A stretch of DNA of 64,000 nt from Octopus vulgaris (Eukaryota). Below the pieces are notes generated by a model. It saw only the letters and a program-made list of their open reading frames with translations, was not told the DNA's origin and searched no databases. The stretch is from NCBI GenBank assembly GCA_951406725.2, contig OX597836.1, positions 2,480,001 to 2,544,000 of the forward strand, in the 5' to 3' direction. The translations under genes and the position numbers were made by a program. Shown here in pieces: positions 13,994 through 27,089 of the stretch; positions within the stretch are counted from its first letter, which is position 1; the number at the start of each line of letters is the position of its first letter.

Positions 13994-14319
13994 ATTTATA
14001 TATATATACACATGTGTATGTACCCAAAGTTGCGTCCAGGATGGCCACAGTCAAATGACGAAATCAAGCGTGAAACTAATACATTTCTTGTAAACATCAT
14101 CACGTTCGTTTTTTTTTTTGTTTTGGTTTATTTGAACTATCTACATACATATATATATAAGATTAATCAGCCGAAATTGCGAGGATGATCCGGTTCTTGA
14201 CTGAAGATTGAAGGCTTCGAATGTCCTGTCCGTGTTCTTTGTATCGTCTTCTAAATGTTTTACGTTCTTGTCCCAGTTTGTATTTTTCTACATATAATAT
14301 ATATATATACATGTCGTTC

Positions 14320-14810
14320 TAAGATCATGAAGACGTAGGTTCTGAGTATATTCCATTCGACAGTATTGTGTCAATCCTTATTCGCTAATTAAAGGGAATA
14401 TTTCTTTTGATATCTTTCGGGTGGCATGAGCTAAACAGAAGATAATGCTCTGAGGCCGATGGTTTATTACAAATGTCGACTAGAAGTTGCTTACTGACCT
14501 TTTATTCAGATTATTTAATAAAGAAGCTGTCCTTTGCTATATTCCATGGTAAACTGAATGTGTAGCATTTTTTTTACTATCTAGTATTGATGTAAATTCC
14601 TAAAGTTTATCAATGGTCTCATTCCAAATGATAAAGCAGTCATCCAGATATCTTTTACAGCTCTCTTATATAATTGTGAAATGGATATCCATATTTTTCA
14701 GAGACATTTCATATATGGAAAAGTTAATATATCCCCATATTAAGTTCGCAAGAATAGGAGCTGGATTCGTTCCCACTGCAATTCCACATTTTTGTACATA
14801 GTTGAGTTTA
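14320..14810 (-). mobile_element. Penelope-like element reverse transcriptase fragment
   Basis: YVQKCGIAVGTNPAPILANL, KRYLDDCFIIW, HIQFTMEYS and YLLFSSCHPKDIKRNIPFN are characteristic PLE RT core and thumb motifs; contains stops and frameshifts. Confidence 0.9.
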
Positions 14811-14961
14811 TTCATATCCGAAAACTACTTTATTTAAATTTTTCTACAGCATACAGGTCAGTGACTGCAATTATGGTGAAGGTGTGGCGACTTGTGTATC
14901 AATTTGCTGGAGGGTAACAGAAGAAATCCGTCGTTTGTGTGTACATGTGTCAATTTAATTC

Positions 14962-15195
14962 CCGGGCAAGACACTTTATTTCAAGTTGCTCCACTCCATT
15001 TATCTGACACAAATGAGTTGTACCTGTATTTCAAAGGGCCAGCCTTGTCATATTCTGTGTCACGCTGAATCACTCTTAGAATTGCATTAAGGGAACGCGT
15101 GTCTGTGGAGTGTTCAACCACTTGCCCAGAATTTTCACGAGCAGGCTGTTCCGTTGATCGGAATCGCTGGAAACCTCGTCGTCTTAACCGACAGA
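14962..15195 (+). mobile_element. SINE with family B core and family A 3' tail
   Basis: gcaagacactttatttca..ttgctcca followed by gtacctgtatttcaaagggccagccttgtca...gcaggctgttccgttgatcgga. Confidence 0.8.
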
Positions 15196-15214
15196 ATTAC
15201 CAATATAATATACG

Positions 15215-15358
15215 ATGGCCTTCTTTCAGATTCTGTCTACTACATTCACGCACGCAGCCTGGGGCTATATTAGAAATATCCACCTCACGGACTGTTACTA
15301 AACACAGAGCCATGTGGTTGGCAAGCTAAAATCTTACCACACAGCCAGAAGTGCTCCT
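15215..15358 (-). mobile_element. Decayed family C SINE, 5' half
   Basis: ttctttcag..tctgtctac...ccatgtggttggcaagc...cttaccacacagcca. Confidence 0.65.
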
Positions 15359-15692
15359 AATGCTTGAATTAGAGGTTATGGTATTAAACGTGATTTAACC
15401 ATGAAAAGTAATCCACGACACATTTGTCTTAATATAATCAAACAATATCCTGAACGGATTTCACTTTACTCATGAAATAAAAATAAGCAGAAAAGTAACT
15501 GCTTGGATTTCTAATTACTAGAACTCGCTACTATGTTTTTCGTAAGATTATTTAGTGTTAACATTGAGAAAGAAATCGGAAAAATATTCTCTTAGAGCTA
15601 CAAGTATTTTGTTATCTATGATATTCATTTGAATAATATAAACTGATAAAAATATATTCTAAATTATATAAGTGTGCATGTGTGCGTGCGTA

Positions 15693-15735
<43 letters not shown>

Positions 15736-16068
15736 GTTACAGGAAATTCTTTCGTAAAAAACAAGGAAGACGACTAAGTGCAGTTAAGTGCTTCGTGTCT
15801 GTTGAGCTGCAGAACTGCATAATTTATTCATAGACTTTATCTCTCTCTAAAATTAGCAAATCTTTTCTACCTCAGCGGATATGTTTAGGGTGAGATAGAT
15901 ATTCTCCTGACGACATTCTTCCCCGTAAAAGCAATTCGCTAATCGCAGACAGATAAAACTCTACGCCAATGTATGTATATGTGCGTGTCTCTATGCATTC
16001 AGACATATACCCTAGTACAGGCATGTACACAATGCTGTACAGGTACGTACCTATATACATATGTCTAT

Positions 16069-16158
<90 letters not shown>

Positions 16159-16304
16159 ATGTGGCAATGTTAATGCGTGAATATATATATACGTATATTT
16201 TGTTTGTGAATGTGTGTGTGTATATGTGTGTGATTGTGTGTGTGTGTACGCGTGCCTGTGTGCATTTGTCTGTAAGTATGCATGCATGAATATGTTTGCA
16301 CCAC

Positions 16305-17296
16305 CAGTTCAATGTGAGTTCAATACCAGCCATATGTAGTCTTACGGAACTAACGATGTAATGCAAGCGATTAAAGTTCCCAGAATATTTCAGAACATAT
16401 TCGAAATGAAACTGAAAATTATTTCAGAAAGAGTCTCGCTCCAGCGCCACACTTGCTGCCAAATATTTGGTAAATGCTTTCCAATTCCATTTAGTCTCAC
16501 TTTGCTCTTTATCCTTTCGTTGCCAATATATGATGTATCCATCCAGTACAAGAAATAGTTTTCGTTTCTCTTCCTCTCTATCCTTTCTTCTCACTCATCT
16601 GTAATCCTAATTGTCACTAAGTTTAGATTCCCATGTTTTCTTTCAGAGGACTATTCATTTGTAATATTTTCGAAAAACTGCATTCGATTATAGAATCGAA
16701 GCAAAATGTTTGGATCATAGGCCTATATAGCGAAATATAACGCTAAGCATTTCGCCCGGCGTGCCAACGTTTCTGCCATCTCGCCGCCTTTTAATACCCA
16801 AAATTATATCTAAAAGTAAGGTATTTGGTCTAGAAATATATTTGTGAATTTGCCTCTTCTTTCTTCTATAAATTGAAACATTCGACCAGTTACTAGGCAA
16901 ATTTCTGTCAAGGAGATTGTTTTGAGCTGGGTCGGGGTGCTAGATTCCCTTGGTAGAAAATATATGGACACATCGTGTCGTATAGCCAGATGGAGACGAT
17001 GTCTCTTGGGACTAAATTACTGCAACATTTGTCATTACTCCAAAGTACTGTTGCTGAATATCTCTCGTTGTAAGATTTTAAAATAGTAATTTTCTAAATA
17101 TCTCTCTAGGTTGTACATATTTGAATCGAATTGTACTTGGACATAACAATCTTAATTTTAAAAACATATTCCCAACTGTTGGCCTTGACTGTATATGGCC
17201 AAGTCTGATTGTCACTTGTCGCCCTCCTCTGTTATATTTCGCTCTAGGGTCGATCTATTTTCTAACGTTATGGTTCTGCAGGCCATCCGCTACCCT
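16305..17296 (-). pseudogene. Copy 1 large pseudo-exon: prodomain end, furin site and start of the protease domain
   Basis: YRRKKRQ (16853-16867), KLFLVLDGYIIYW (about 16524-16562) and SVRLHMAGIEL (about 16318-16350). Interrupted by a SINE head at 16731-16791 and by stops. Confidence 0.55.
16731..16791 (-). mobile_element. Family D SINE head inserted into the copy 1 protease pseudo-exon
   Basis: aaggcggcgagatggcagaaacgttggcacgccgggcgaaatgcttagcg on the minus strand. Confidence 0.85.
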
Positions 17297-17958
17297 CTTA
17301 CAGACAAATATAATGTTTACAAATACACTAAGAACTTCATTTATATTAATATAAAACATTCAAATAATATATTTCAAACATATTCCATGAATATAATTTA
17401 AATATAAATTTCTCTCTCTGTAAGTATTTTCGTTACTACCCATATTTATAAAGAACTTGATATTATCACTCCGTATATCTATTGTATGTTTCATACATCT
17501 TCATCATTTCGAAATTTGCATCTTATTTTATTCTGAATTTACTCCTACGTAAGTAGCTGTCAGGACATAATTTGCTGACCGACCTCGTGTTTAGTTTGAA
17601 AATATTAGAATTTCATTATTACGTCCCATTTTCCATAGGTCATATATTCATCTCAGTCAGTATAGGAAAAGTTTAACTCTCACATTTAGTAGATACTGAG
17701 TCGGACGCCACAATGCAGAACGATCCCTTCACTAAACTAGTCGAAAACACAAAGGGAACTTTCTATAACGGTAATAAATCATTGTATAATACCTACTAGC
17801 GGACGTTTAAACTTACTTTATTTAGTATTGTTCAAAATCGCTGATATTGCCAGAGATATCTAAAATGATGGAGTCAATAAATTTGAGGTTAATATGAAAC
17901 CATTCCTTTCAACATTACAGTCATTTATTGTGAGCGATGTATCTCTAAGTGGACTTAC

Positions 17959-18111
17959 CTGTCCGGATATTTGTCGCATTTTGAAACTTTCGCAATAAAT
18001 GTCCGATGCTATTTTCTAATAAATACGATGGCTGTTGCTGTCCATCGTTGCCTGACTGTTGTGGCTATACTCCGAGAATGCATTGCCGAGAAGGAAATTC
18101 AGAATCAAATA
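17959..18111 (-). pseudogene. Copy 1 prodomain pseudo-exon
   Basis: Polypyrimidine tract plus tttag acceptor and CAG|GTAAGT donor. YLILNFLLGNAFS-V*PQQ...GHLLRK aligns with copy 2 WNEAYSV*PE...WRIRRK. Confidence 0.5.
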
Positions 18112-19114
18112 CTAAACGATAACAGAAAGAATATCAATGTGGTTGGAAACGTATTAAAAAAAATAATGAAATGTGTTGATAAAGCAAAAACAGAAATATT
18201 GACTCTTAAAGTGTTTTTCTAACTACGTTTCTTATCAATATATTATTACGGATCTTCACGTTCTGGGATCCAATCTCGAACAGATTAACCACGCTTTCTA
18301 CCTTTTCGGCTTTCGATAATATAAAATACGAATTTAACAATAGTGTAGCTATATCTGAACATTTGCCCCCATCCCTTAAAAGAGTGTGTCTTTGTATGAT
18401 TGTTAGAAACGTAAGGACAATAATTCCTAAAAAAAAGGGACATGGTCATTTAATCTATAGTAAAAATGGGGAAGATATAGACGGTTATATTATAAACAGC
18501 GAGTGGTTGTATTTTGCTTCATAGGATTAGGGGAATCAAAGGTCGAAGATGAATCCGCTGGATATTGAACTCAGTGACAGCAACGAAACACCATACATAT
18601 TTCTCTCGAAAGTTCCTTCAATTGCGGAATCAAATTCACTTGAGGATTTATTACAGTAATAAATATAAAAATGAAAACGAAGTAAAATGAAATGTTTTGG
18701 AATATATTCAGTGGAAATATGATATTTGGTGGAGAATTAGGATACAAAAATGAAAAACAGACAGTGTAATGGTAAAAGAAAATGAAAATGTTTTGATATG
18801 AAATTAATTATAGGGAGTGCGTGACAATATTGGGTTTTTACTATGTACCGAATGAGAAAAAGTTATTATACACAAAGCGACACACAGACAGACGAAAGTA
18901 CTATGAGTATGTACATACATGTATGTAGATATGTGTGTCCATGTGTGCGCATGCATGTGTTTGTGTGTGTGTGTTGTGTCTATGTGTGTACGTATTTACG
19001 TGGGTGTGTAAAATCAAATACATGCTTAAGCAAACTCATTATGTGTATTTAGGACAGATGTATGATTTAGTGAAATATATATATACATATAGATATACAT
19101 ACACACACACACAA

Positions 19115-19169
<55 letters not shown>

Positions 19170-19274
19170 CATACATACATATAAACCTATATATGTGGCT
19201 ACATATGTATGTATGTATGTATAAATGTATGTATGTATATATATATGTATATATTTGTGTGTGTGTATGTATAT

Positions 19275-19377
<103 letters not shown>

Positions 19378-19711
19378 ACATGCGAGAGCATGGCGTTATC
19401 AATAATTTGTTAATTATCGGTGTCACGTAGCTAATGAAACCCAACACGGTATTCTGTCTACTAATCATAAATGTTGTGGTTGTCCAATGACACTTCTAAT
19501 CAAGTACAGTCGATGCATATCCGCTTTCTTTATGTCAAAATGGAGAAAACCAAAAACGATATTGACACTCTAGCACACGCGCATGCACTCAATATTTTAC
19601 ATATACCCACACATATTTCCATGCATACATGCGTACATATACGTATATATAATACATACATATATAATATTTAATGTAATATATCATAAATATATACACA
19701 TAGATACGTAC

Positions 19712-19819
<108 letters not shown>

Positions 19820-20024
19820 TTATATATACTTCTTATGTATTTTCCTGATATAGGAGTGCATACGTATTCAGACATTTAAACCCATACATGCGTATATGAA
19901 TTTATTAACATATATGTGTAAGCGTTTCTCTACGGGGAGTACGATCTCAAGCTTAGGAGAGAAAATTTGCGCAAGCACGCAACCATGCGCACAATGAGTA
20001 TATGTGCACAGCAGCCCATTAGTG

Positions 20025-20079
<55 letters not shown>

Positions 20080-20246
20080 TGTATATATATATGTGTGTGT
20101 GTATATATATACCTATCCATATATAGTAAAGTGAATTCTAAGCACATTACAAAAAGAATAAGATACCCCTTTTTTGGAGCATTCATCAATTAAACAGATT
20201 TACTTTGTGTCTGTGGGTAGGGCTGGGGTGGTTGAGTGCGTGTAAA

Positions 20247-20564
20247 TTTATTTATGAGCCCTTTTCAAACCTAGCCAGGCTCATGGGCCCGGTTTCCCGG
20301 TTTCTGTGGCGTATGTGTTCCCCCCCATGCTAGACGGGACGCCAGTCCATCGCAGTGTTACTCAAGAAACAGGTAGAGAGAGTGACAGAAAGTTAGAGCG
20401 AAAGAATAGAACATGGGTCACCACCACCACCCCGTGTCGGAGCCTCGTGGAGTTTTTAGGTGTTTTCGTTCAATAAACATACACAACGCCCGGTCTGGGA
20501 ATCGAAACCGCGATCATCCGACTGCGAATCAACTGCCCTAACCACTGGGCCATTGCGCCTCCAC
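20247..20564 (-). mobile_element. Full-length SINE with family A head and an alternative 3' tail; approximate 12-bp TSD
   Basis: 5' ~170 nt match 2960-3132. Different tail ending cataaataaa. TSD agtgcgtgtaaa (20235-20246) and agtgtgtgtaaa (20565-20576). Confidence 0.88.
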
Positions 20565-20596
20565 AGTGTGTGTAAAGCTAGATGAATTTCACATAC

Positions 20597-20883
20597 CTTT
20601 TGAAGCCCATCAAGGACGTATTTTCTTTTTGAAATCTCCAGGTATAAATCATCGTCATGACGCTCCTCATCTCCGTTGTACACCTTCATCTTCGTCCACA
20701 TCATCATTGTCATCCTTATGATATTTCTCGAGTATAAATGCATCCTGTTCCAAAATATCAACTTTATTAATATACAAATTCCATCTGTTAATGTGATTCT
20801 CGATATATAAATGTTACCAGAAATAAAACTCCTTGTTCTGCCAGAATTCCGTTTGCACATCCGTCAAACTTGCAACATACTAT
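20597..20883 (-). pseudogene. Copy 1 prodomain pseudo-exon
   Basis: tttaag acceptor and AAG|GTATGT donor. TEFWQNKEFYFW*HLYIEN...acidic tract...NGDEERH aligns with copy 2 HEYFQNDTF...HIYTEN...EGDERK. Confidence 0.55.
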
Positions 20884-21065
20884 CTTAAATAGTATAATTT
20901 TTATATGCATAAAGACACGAAGAATAATGGATATTTGCAGTTGGGGTATATATGATCCTCTTTTTGCCCTTTGTTTTTGCCAAAATCAAAATCTCAAAAA
21001 AGAAACCGGCCAATATATTTTTCTTAGAATACACCTGAAATTTTGAAACCCAAATATATATAATA

Positions 21066-21155
21066 GGCGCAGGAGTGGCTGAGTGGCAGGAAGCTTGCTT
21101 CCCAACCATATGGTTCCGGGCTCAGTCTCACTGGGACGCACCTTGTGCAATGGTA
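21066..21155 (+). mobile_element. Family C SINE tRNA-like head
   Basis: ggcgcaggagtggctgagtggcaggaagcttgcttcccaaccatatggttccggg. Confidence 0.8.
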
Positions 21156-21182
21156 CCACGACGTATGTATGATGTATGTATG

Positions 21183-21216
<34 letters not shown>

Positions 21217-21313
21217 TGTATGTATGTACGTATGTATGTATGAATTTATGTATATGAATATATACACCTTCTTACTTACAAACATATATATATTTGCACA
21301 CACACACGCATAT

Positions 21314-21354
<41 letters not shown>

Positions 21355-21794
21355 CTGATGTGTGAGACAGACAGAGACAGCGAAACTGAAAAGGATAGAT
21401 TTTATGTTTCAATGAAAACAACGCAAAAAAAGAGACAAATAACAAACTTTAATTTGTAAAATTATCGATAAAATATTTCTTTTTAAGCCTCGTTATTCGA
21501 AATGAATGAGACGTTCTCAATGCTATCGTTATATAATGAGTTCAATACGTCTCTATCTGAACGGTGATGCTGAATAAGCTCGCCAATGCTATCGATTTAT
21601 TGACTGAAATATAAAATAACATTCATTTCCTTTTCAAAGGATCTGTGGGAAGTTTTTAGATGAAGAGATTCCACTCAGCATTATATACCAATGAAGAAAT
21701 TTCACGACCGGATGGACTCGAGATAAATACTAATCTAATAACAAATTAACACATGCATCAATTTCTAAAGCAATCAAAATATATCTTTTATTAG

Positions 21795-21990
21795 TTAATA
21801 GTTTCGGTCATTAGACTGCGGCCATGCTGGGGTATGGGTTGCAAGAGTACTTAGTCCACTGTAGCGACATCAATATTTATTTTCTTTTTAACCTTAAAAG
21901 ATATTATGTCGGTTTCGTTACCGAACCGCTAAGTTTCTGGGCTGTAAAAGACGAGCCCTGATGAGCAAGGGGTGCTGGGGAAACAGACAT
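21795..21990 (-). mobile_element. Decayed family C SINE, 3' half
   Basis: gtttcggtcattagactgcggccatgctgggg...accgaaccgctaagtt. Confidence 0.65.
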
Positions 21991-22098
21991 CAACTGACAC
22001 ACAGACACACACTTTTGCATACACTCACACATCGCATATATATACATATCGATATACACATTTATATACACATACAAACACATATATATATATATATG

Positions 22099-22152
<54 letters not shown>

Positions 22153-22284
22153 GATACAAACATACATATATATATATATATATATATACATACACACACA
22201 TGCACACACACACACATATATATATTCAAATATACACACGCACACACAAACACACACACACACACATATATATGTAGATCGATC

Positions 22285-22458
22285 ACGCAGGTTATACACA
22301 CAATCGCTAGATCGTGGGTTCCATTCCCTAAATGGGCGGTGTGTTGTGTTCGTGAGCAAAACACGCTATTTCACATTGCTCCAGTTCCTCCCATCAATCA
22401 GGGGGGAATTATTAGCCTTGCTCCTCTAGATATCGGGGTGGCATCATTTGAAGGCTAA

Positions 22459-22465
<7 letters not shown>
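22285..22465 (+). mobile_element. Decayed family A/B-like SINE
   Basis: ggttccattccc...gtgttgtgttcgtgagcaaaacacgctatttcacattgctccagttc. Confidence 0.65.
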
Positions 22466-22507
<42 letters not shown>

Positions 22508-22508
<1 letters not shown>

Positions 22509-22652
22509 GATGGGCTTCTTTCCGTTCCCGTCTACCAAATCCCTTCAGAAGACTTTGCTTTACCTGAGGTTATAGTAGAAGAGATTTTGACAAGATGCCA
22601 CGCAGTGGGATTGAACCCAGAACCAGGTGATCCACACAGCCAGGCCTACGCC
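22508..22652 (-). mobile_element. Family C SINE, 5' half
   Basis: cgatgggcttctttccgttcccgtctaccaaatcc...tgccacgcagtgggattgaaccc. Confidence 0.8.
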
Positions 22653-23002
22653 TATATATATCAATTGAATATCTTCTCTTCGCACCTTCGAATACTTTTC
22701 ATTAAGTTTTCCGGTGTATTTGGCAGGGGAAGAGGTGTGCTCGTGTGTGTGTTTGCGTATGTTCATCTGTGTGTGTTAGTGTATGCATGTATATATGCAA
22801 ATATATATATATATATATATATATATACTATATATATATATATATGCAGGGTGAGAGAAAGGGATCATGGGGAGAGAAAAGGAGTGGGAGACACAGAAAA
22901 TGAGAGACAGACAGAAAGATATATAGATGAATACCTAGAGGGATTGATTACAAAATTACTTAAAATTACAAACCCTCTTGCTTATGAAGTGACATTTCTT
23001 AC

Positions 23003-23166
23003 GTCCACTCATCTCTACTGGATAATCAATATTTTCTCATTGACCTTTCATATTCAATCGCTGGTTACCTCACATTTATTCGATATTCTTCGCGCATTTT
23101 CGGAGGGTCAAGTCATCATCAAGTAGGGGCGACGCACAGCATGTGTAGATCTGATGTGGATCCCTC
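23003..23166 (-). pseudogene. Copy 1 candidate prodomain pseudo-exon
   Basis: ttcaag acceptor and C|GTAAGA donor. Frameshifted LDDDL..MREEYRINV..RLNMK-VNE-NIDYPV. Confidence 0.3.
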
Positions 23167-23434
23167 CTTGAACATTCTCATCAACAACACTCGTAAAATA
23201 GAATATAGCAGGATTCATCAACCTACAACTTCTGACAATCATATCGCAAATAAATGAATAAAGAATATGATACACGTAGACAATGAGGCAGAAAACGGTA
23301 GAATGTACAATGCATGAAATTAGAAAATCATCACATAGAAGATGAAAGACTTGCGGTAAAATATTTTGGTTTTAGTTCGTTTGGAACCGAGTGTGATTAT
23401 ATTTTGTATTACTTTAATGAATGAATAAACGTAC

Positions 23435-23556
23435 TGAGGCCATTTGCTGTATCTTGAAGGAAAAGTTCTTCGTGCGAGAAACCGTATTACAGAGTAGAGT
23501 AAACGGGAACAAATGCCACAAAGTATTCTCTGAAACACTGCTGCGGTTGTGCCTCT
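23435..23556 (-). pseudogene. Copy 1 candidate N-terminal pseudo-exon
   Basis: VPVYSTL*YGFS aligns with copy 2 RRVYETDLYGMS at 55321-55360. Confidence 0.35.
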
Positions 23557-23609
23557 TCCAACAATACATAAATACACACAGATATTCACATGTAGCAGCA
23601 TAGTTATTT

Positions 23610-23775
23610 CTTGATTGCGCCCTTCGCTCCTTCTTTTCACCTGTGTTCCAAACCATTTGCTACTTCATCATCCCATCGTCGTGGATGTCCTCCCAATGGC
23701 CATTTCCGGCCCGATTGGACAACAGCCGCAAAGAGCAAGGTTTGAACCTGTTGCTTGTGAGCCTTGCAATATATT
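23610..23775 (-). mobile_element. RTE-type LINE ORF C-terminal fragment
   Basis: YIARLTSNR...RKWPLGGHPRRWDDEV resembles GHIAR..DNRW...KRPLGRPPRRWxD of RTE elements. Confidence 0.75.
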
Positions 23776-23911
23776 CTGTTTAACGGATATATTAATACTC
23801 ACGTACAGAGAGAAACATACAGACAGATAAAATGACAGAGAAATTGAGATAGAGTTTATGGTTATGTGGTTATACAAAGAAGGAAAAAAACAAAATATAT
23901 ATGTATGTATG

Positions 23912-24008
<97 letters not shown>

Positions 24009-24029
24009 ATGAATTTGAGGATCTGCGGT

Positions 24030-24224
24030 TTATCCCTACACCGTCGCTTGACAACCGATGTTGGTGTAATAATGTCACCGTTACAGAGCCGTTCGACCAG
24101 AGACAACGATAGAATAAGTACTAACCCTACAAATTATACGTAGTGGGATAGTGATTTGTCCTAATAAAGGCGGTGCTCCAGCATGAGCGCATTCAACTGA
24201 CTGTAACAGATAAAAGATAAAAGA

Positions 24225-24225
<1 letters not shown>
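24030..24225 (+). mobile_element. Family C SINE, 3' half
   Basis: cgcttgacaaccgatgttggtgt...cgatagaataagtact...aaggcggtgctccagcatg. Confidence 0.8.
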
Positions 24226-24315
<90 letters not shown>

Positions 24316-25030
24316 GAAATGAGGTACTCAGAAATTCGGAGGGTTTATATTTACAGACGCACACACACACACATATGTACACAAACACGCACCCAGACAT
24401 ATGAGTGTCTATAATTTTCTACATGTACATACGTAAGTATATGTTTAAAAACATGTATGTTTAAGAGTTCGAATATGCACAAAAACAAATATGTATACGT
24501 AGATAGACGTATATCAGCGTGCTTGTAAACAAGTTAATTCAATAATGCAAAGGTTAAATTGTCTATCTCTTGTGAACGCAAAGTAACAGATTTAAACAAA
24601 CCTAACCTTTACAAAGTGTAAATTTTATGCTCGGTGTCGTCTAATAGTTTGCCTAACTGAATGATACGCATCTGTTTGTGTTTATCACAAAGCAATGTTG
24701 CATTATGAGTTAAGCTATGCGTGCTAAATATTCATTCCGAATGCGTTTCTATGTATGTATGTATGTATGGGTTTATGCAAACACACGCACACACAAAGAA
24801 ACACATACATATATACATGTGTTTATCTGCATATGCATATATACTCAAGCATATATATCTGGGCGTATTTACGTGTGTAAATATTTTCAGTGGAAGCCTT
24901 TTCGGGCATTGGCACTGAAGAGATTCGTGTTGCAGTATGCAAGTACATTAGTCATCATTTAAAATAATAGATGCATTTACATATACATACACGCGCACAC
25001 ACAAACACACTCATAGAATCACAGATACAC

Positions 25031-25113
25031 AAGCTCTGATGAAGTTATAACGTGATAGAAAAGCATTCAAATAATTGTGCATTGGCTCTTATGATAGAAA
25101 CAGCTGTAAGCTT
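25031..25113 (+). ncRNA. Minimal type I hammerhead ribozyme motif (Penelope-associated type), long stem II
   Basis: Stem I AAGCT/AGCTT, core CTGATGA, GAAAC, palindromic stem III ACAGCTGT and GTA cleavage triplet; stem II is imperfect. Confidence 0.65.
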
Positions 25114-25153
25114 ATGAACGTCATCAAAAGTTTCTTATTTCTTCCTCATTCTA

Positions 25154-25202
<49 letters not shown>

Positions 25203-25457
25203 ATGAAAAAATATTGCAATACAAATGTATTACTTTCCAGTAAAATAAAGCACCGTAAAGGTAGAAGTATAAGTATAAATATAGATTAGTGGTACAAGGC
25301 ACCAATATTTAATGGAAATAGCAGTCGATACAAATACGACGCTATAGTAAATCTTCATTGCGTATTTACTGGCAAAGATAAGTGAGTGCAACAAACATGA
25401 AAAATTTGTCGTATTTCTAGGAAGAACATTCGATAAATGGACAACCGAGAATCGGAT

Positions 25458-25532
25458 AATGCAGTACCTAGGTTTCAGGCTCTTCAAATACGTTTGTCAA
25501 CGTAAATTTGATCAGTCTTCATCAGCTGCATT
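25458..25532 (-). ncRNA. Minimal type I hammerhead ribozyme motif with intact core
   Basis: AATGCAG-CTGATGA-AGACT..AGCCT-GAAAC-CTAG-GTA-CTGCATT: 7-bp stem I, palindromic stem III, predicted cleavage between 25465 and 25464. Confidence 0.75.
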
Positions 25533-25729
25533 TACCTGGACAATACTTCCAGTAAATATTGGTGCCTTGTTGTACCTCTAATCTGTATTTATATCTATAT
25601 TTATACCTCTGCGTTTACGGTTCTTTATTTTACTGGAAAGAAATACATTTGTATTGCAATATTTTTGTCATTGAAAACTTTTTCCCTGTTCTCGTTCTGT
25701 TAACGGCTAGGCGTTCAAGCGAGTATACA

Positions 25730-25912
25730 GGCATTGATGTGACAACGTTCGAAATATTTCTGTTCCCATAACTTAGCGGATCGGCAAAATAGACGGATAC
25801 AATAAGAACTAAGCTCATAAAGAATTAGCCCTGGGTTCGATTTCTTCTACCAAATCCCTTGAAGTTGATGCTACAGCACAGTCGCAGTCAAATGACTGAA
25901 AAATTAAAAAGA
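25730..25912 (+). mobile_element. Decayed family C SINE, 3' half
   Basis: taacttagcggatcggcaaaatagac...cgcagtcaaatgactgaaa. Confidence 0.7.
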
Positions 25913-27089
25913 ATTTATGTTTGTATGTGTGTATGTGTATGAGTGTCTGTGTATATATATATGTATATATATGTATATATATGAGAGTGTGTGTATATAT
26001 GTGTGTGTATGTTATTTATGATGAACAAATGAGAAAAGAACACTGAATTCGTGTTCTATATAATATAAGTTTTATTACAACTGAAACTTGAGACAAACTC
26101 TCTCTCTTTCTCTCTATCTCGGTATCTGTCCTTCTTACATATATGTATGTGCGTGTATGTGTGTTTGTGTATGTGTGTGTGTTTGCGTATATATAGAAAC
26201 AGCAAGAAAGTAGTAACGAGACAAACGGGAATTTTTTTTATAAGGAATTTCCTGTGCCATTTTATATTTTGAGCAACATTATTTCTGTATGAGAGAATTC
26301 CCTTGAAAAAAGGAGGAACGTGCTTCTCAATGGTGTCAATAGAGTTATTGGATCGTGGGGAAAACGTCCACGGCTATTCAATATATAAACATAATACGGT
26401 AGCTTTTGCACGTGACACTCACTTGTACGCCATCTATGTATACTATCAGGCCTCGTTGGTTTTAGAAGAACATTTGAAAAGTTTCTGTATATGAAAACCA
26501 AAGAAATTGTTATGATTTTTTTTTCTTTTTTTCCGTGATAATTATTTTTAAGCACTTTTGTGATTGACACTATTATCGGTGTTTCAGGATTTGAAATGGT
26601 TTCCACTGAAGAATATAAATCGTGTGTAGAAATAAAATTGCGAAAAAAAAAAATATATATTATGTCATATCCTTGCACCTTATAATGTCACCGGATTATC
26701 TGCGTTCCTTTTCCGCTTCTCTGGACTTTCTTATTCTTTCCGACAAATAACCGTGCCTGAAACATCATACTTTTACTCCTATTTTTCTCCTTCATAATCC
26801 TTCACTAAGCATCATTCTCATATATTTTACTGTATTTTTCCTTTTGTTACTTGGGGTTTTTTCCTGATTTTCTTTTCTGTTGGTTGTCTTGAAACTTTCA
26901 AGTTTAAAATATTCTCTCTCTTACACTTCCTCTCCTTCTCTTTCTCTGTATGTTTGCATGCATGTATAAAAACATTTTTGTAAGCTGAATGTTCAAGAAT
27001 TAGTAATCTAAAAACCATTCCAACAATCACCAGTGTGTGCCACTTAATAATTCCCGGACAAGTATGTGTGAGTATATCTATGCATGTAT

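Noticed and set aside
25230-25360. Signal-peptide-like ORF as the first exon of copy 1
   Set aside because: It lies directly 3' of the hammerhead motif and is more likely part of that repeat; the donor site is weak.
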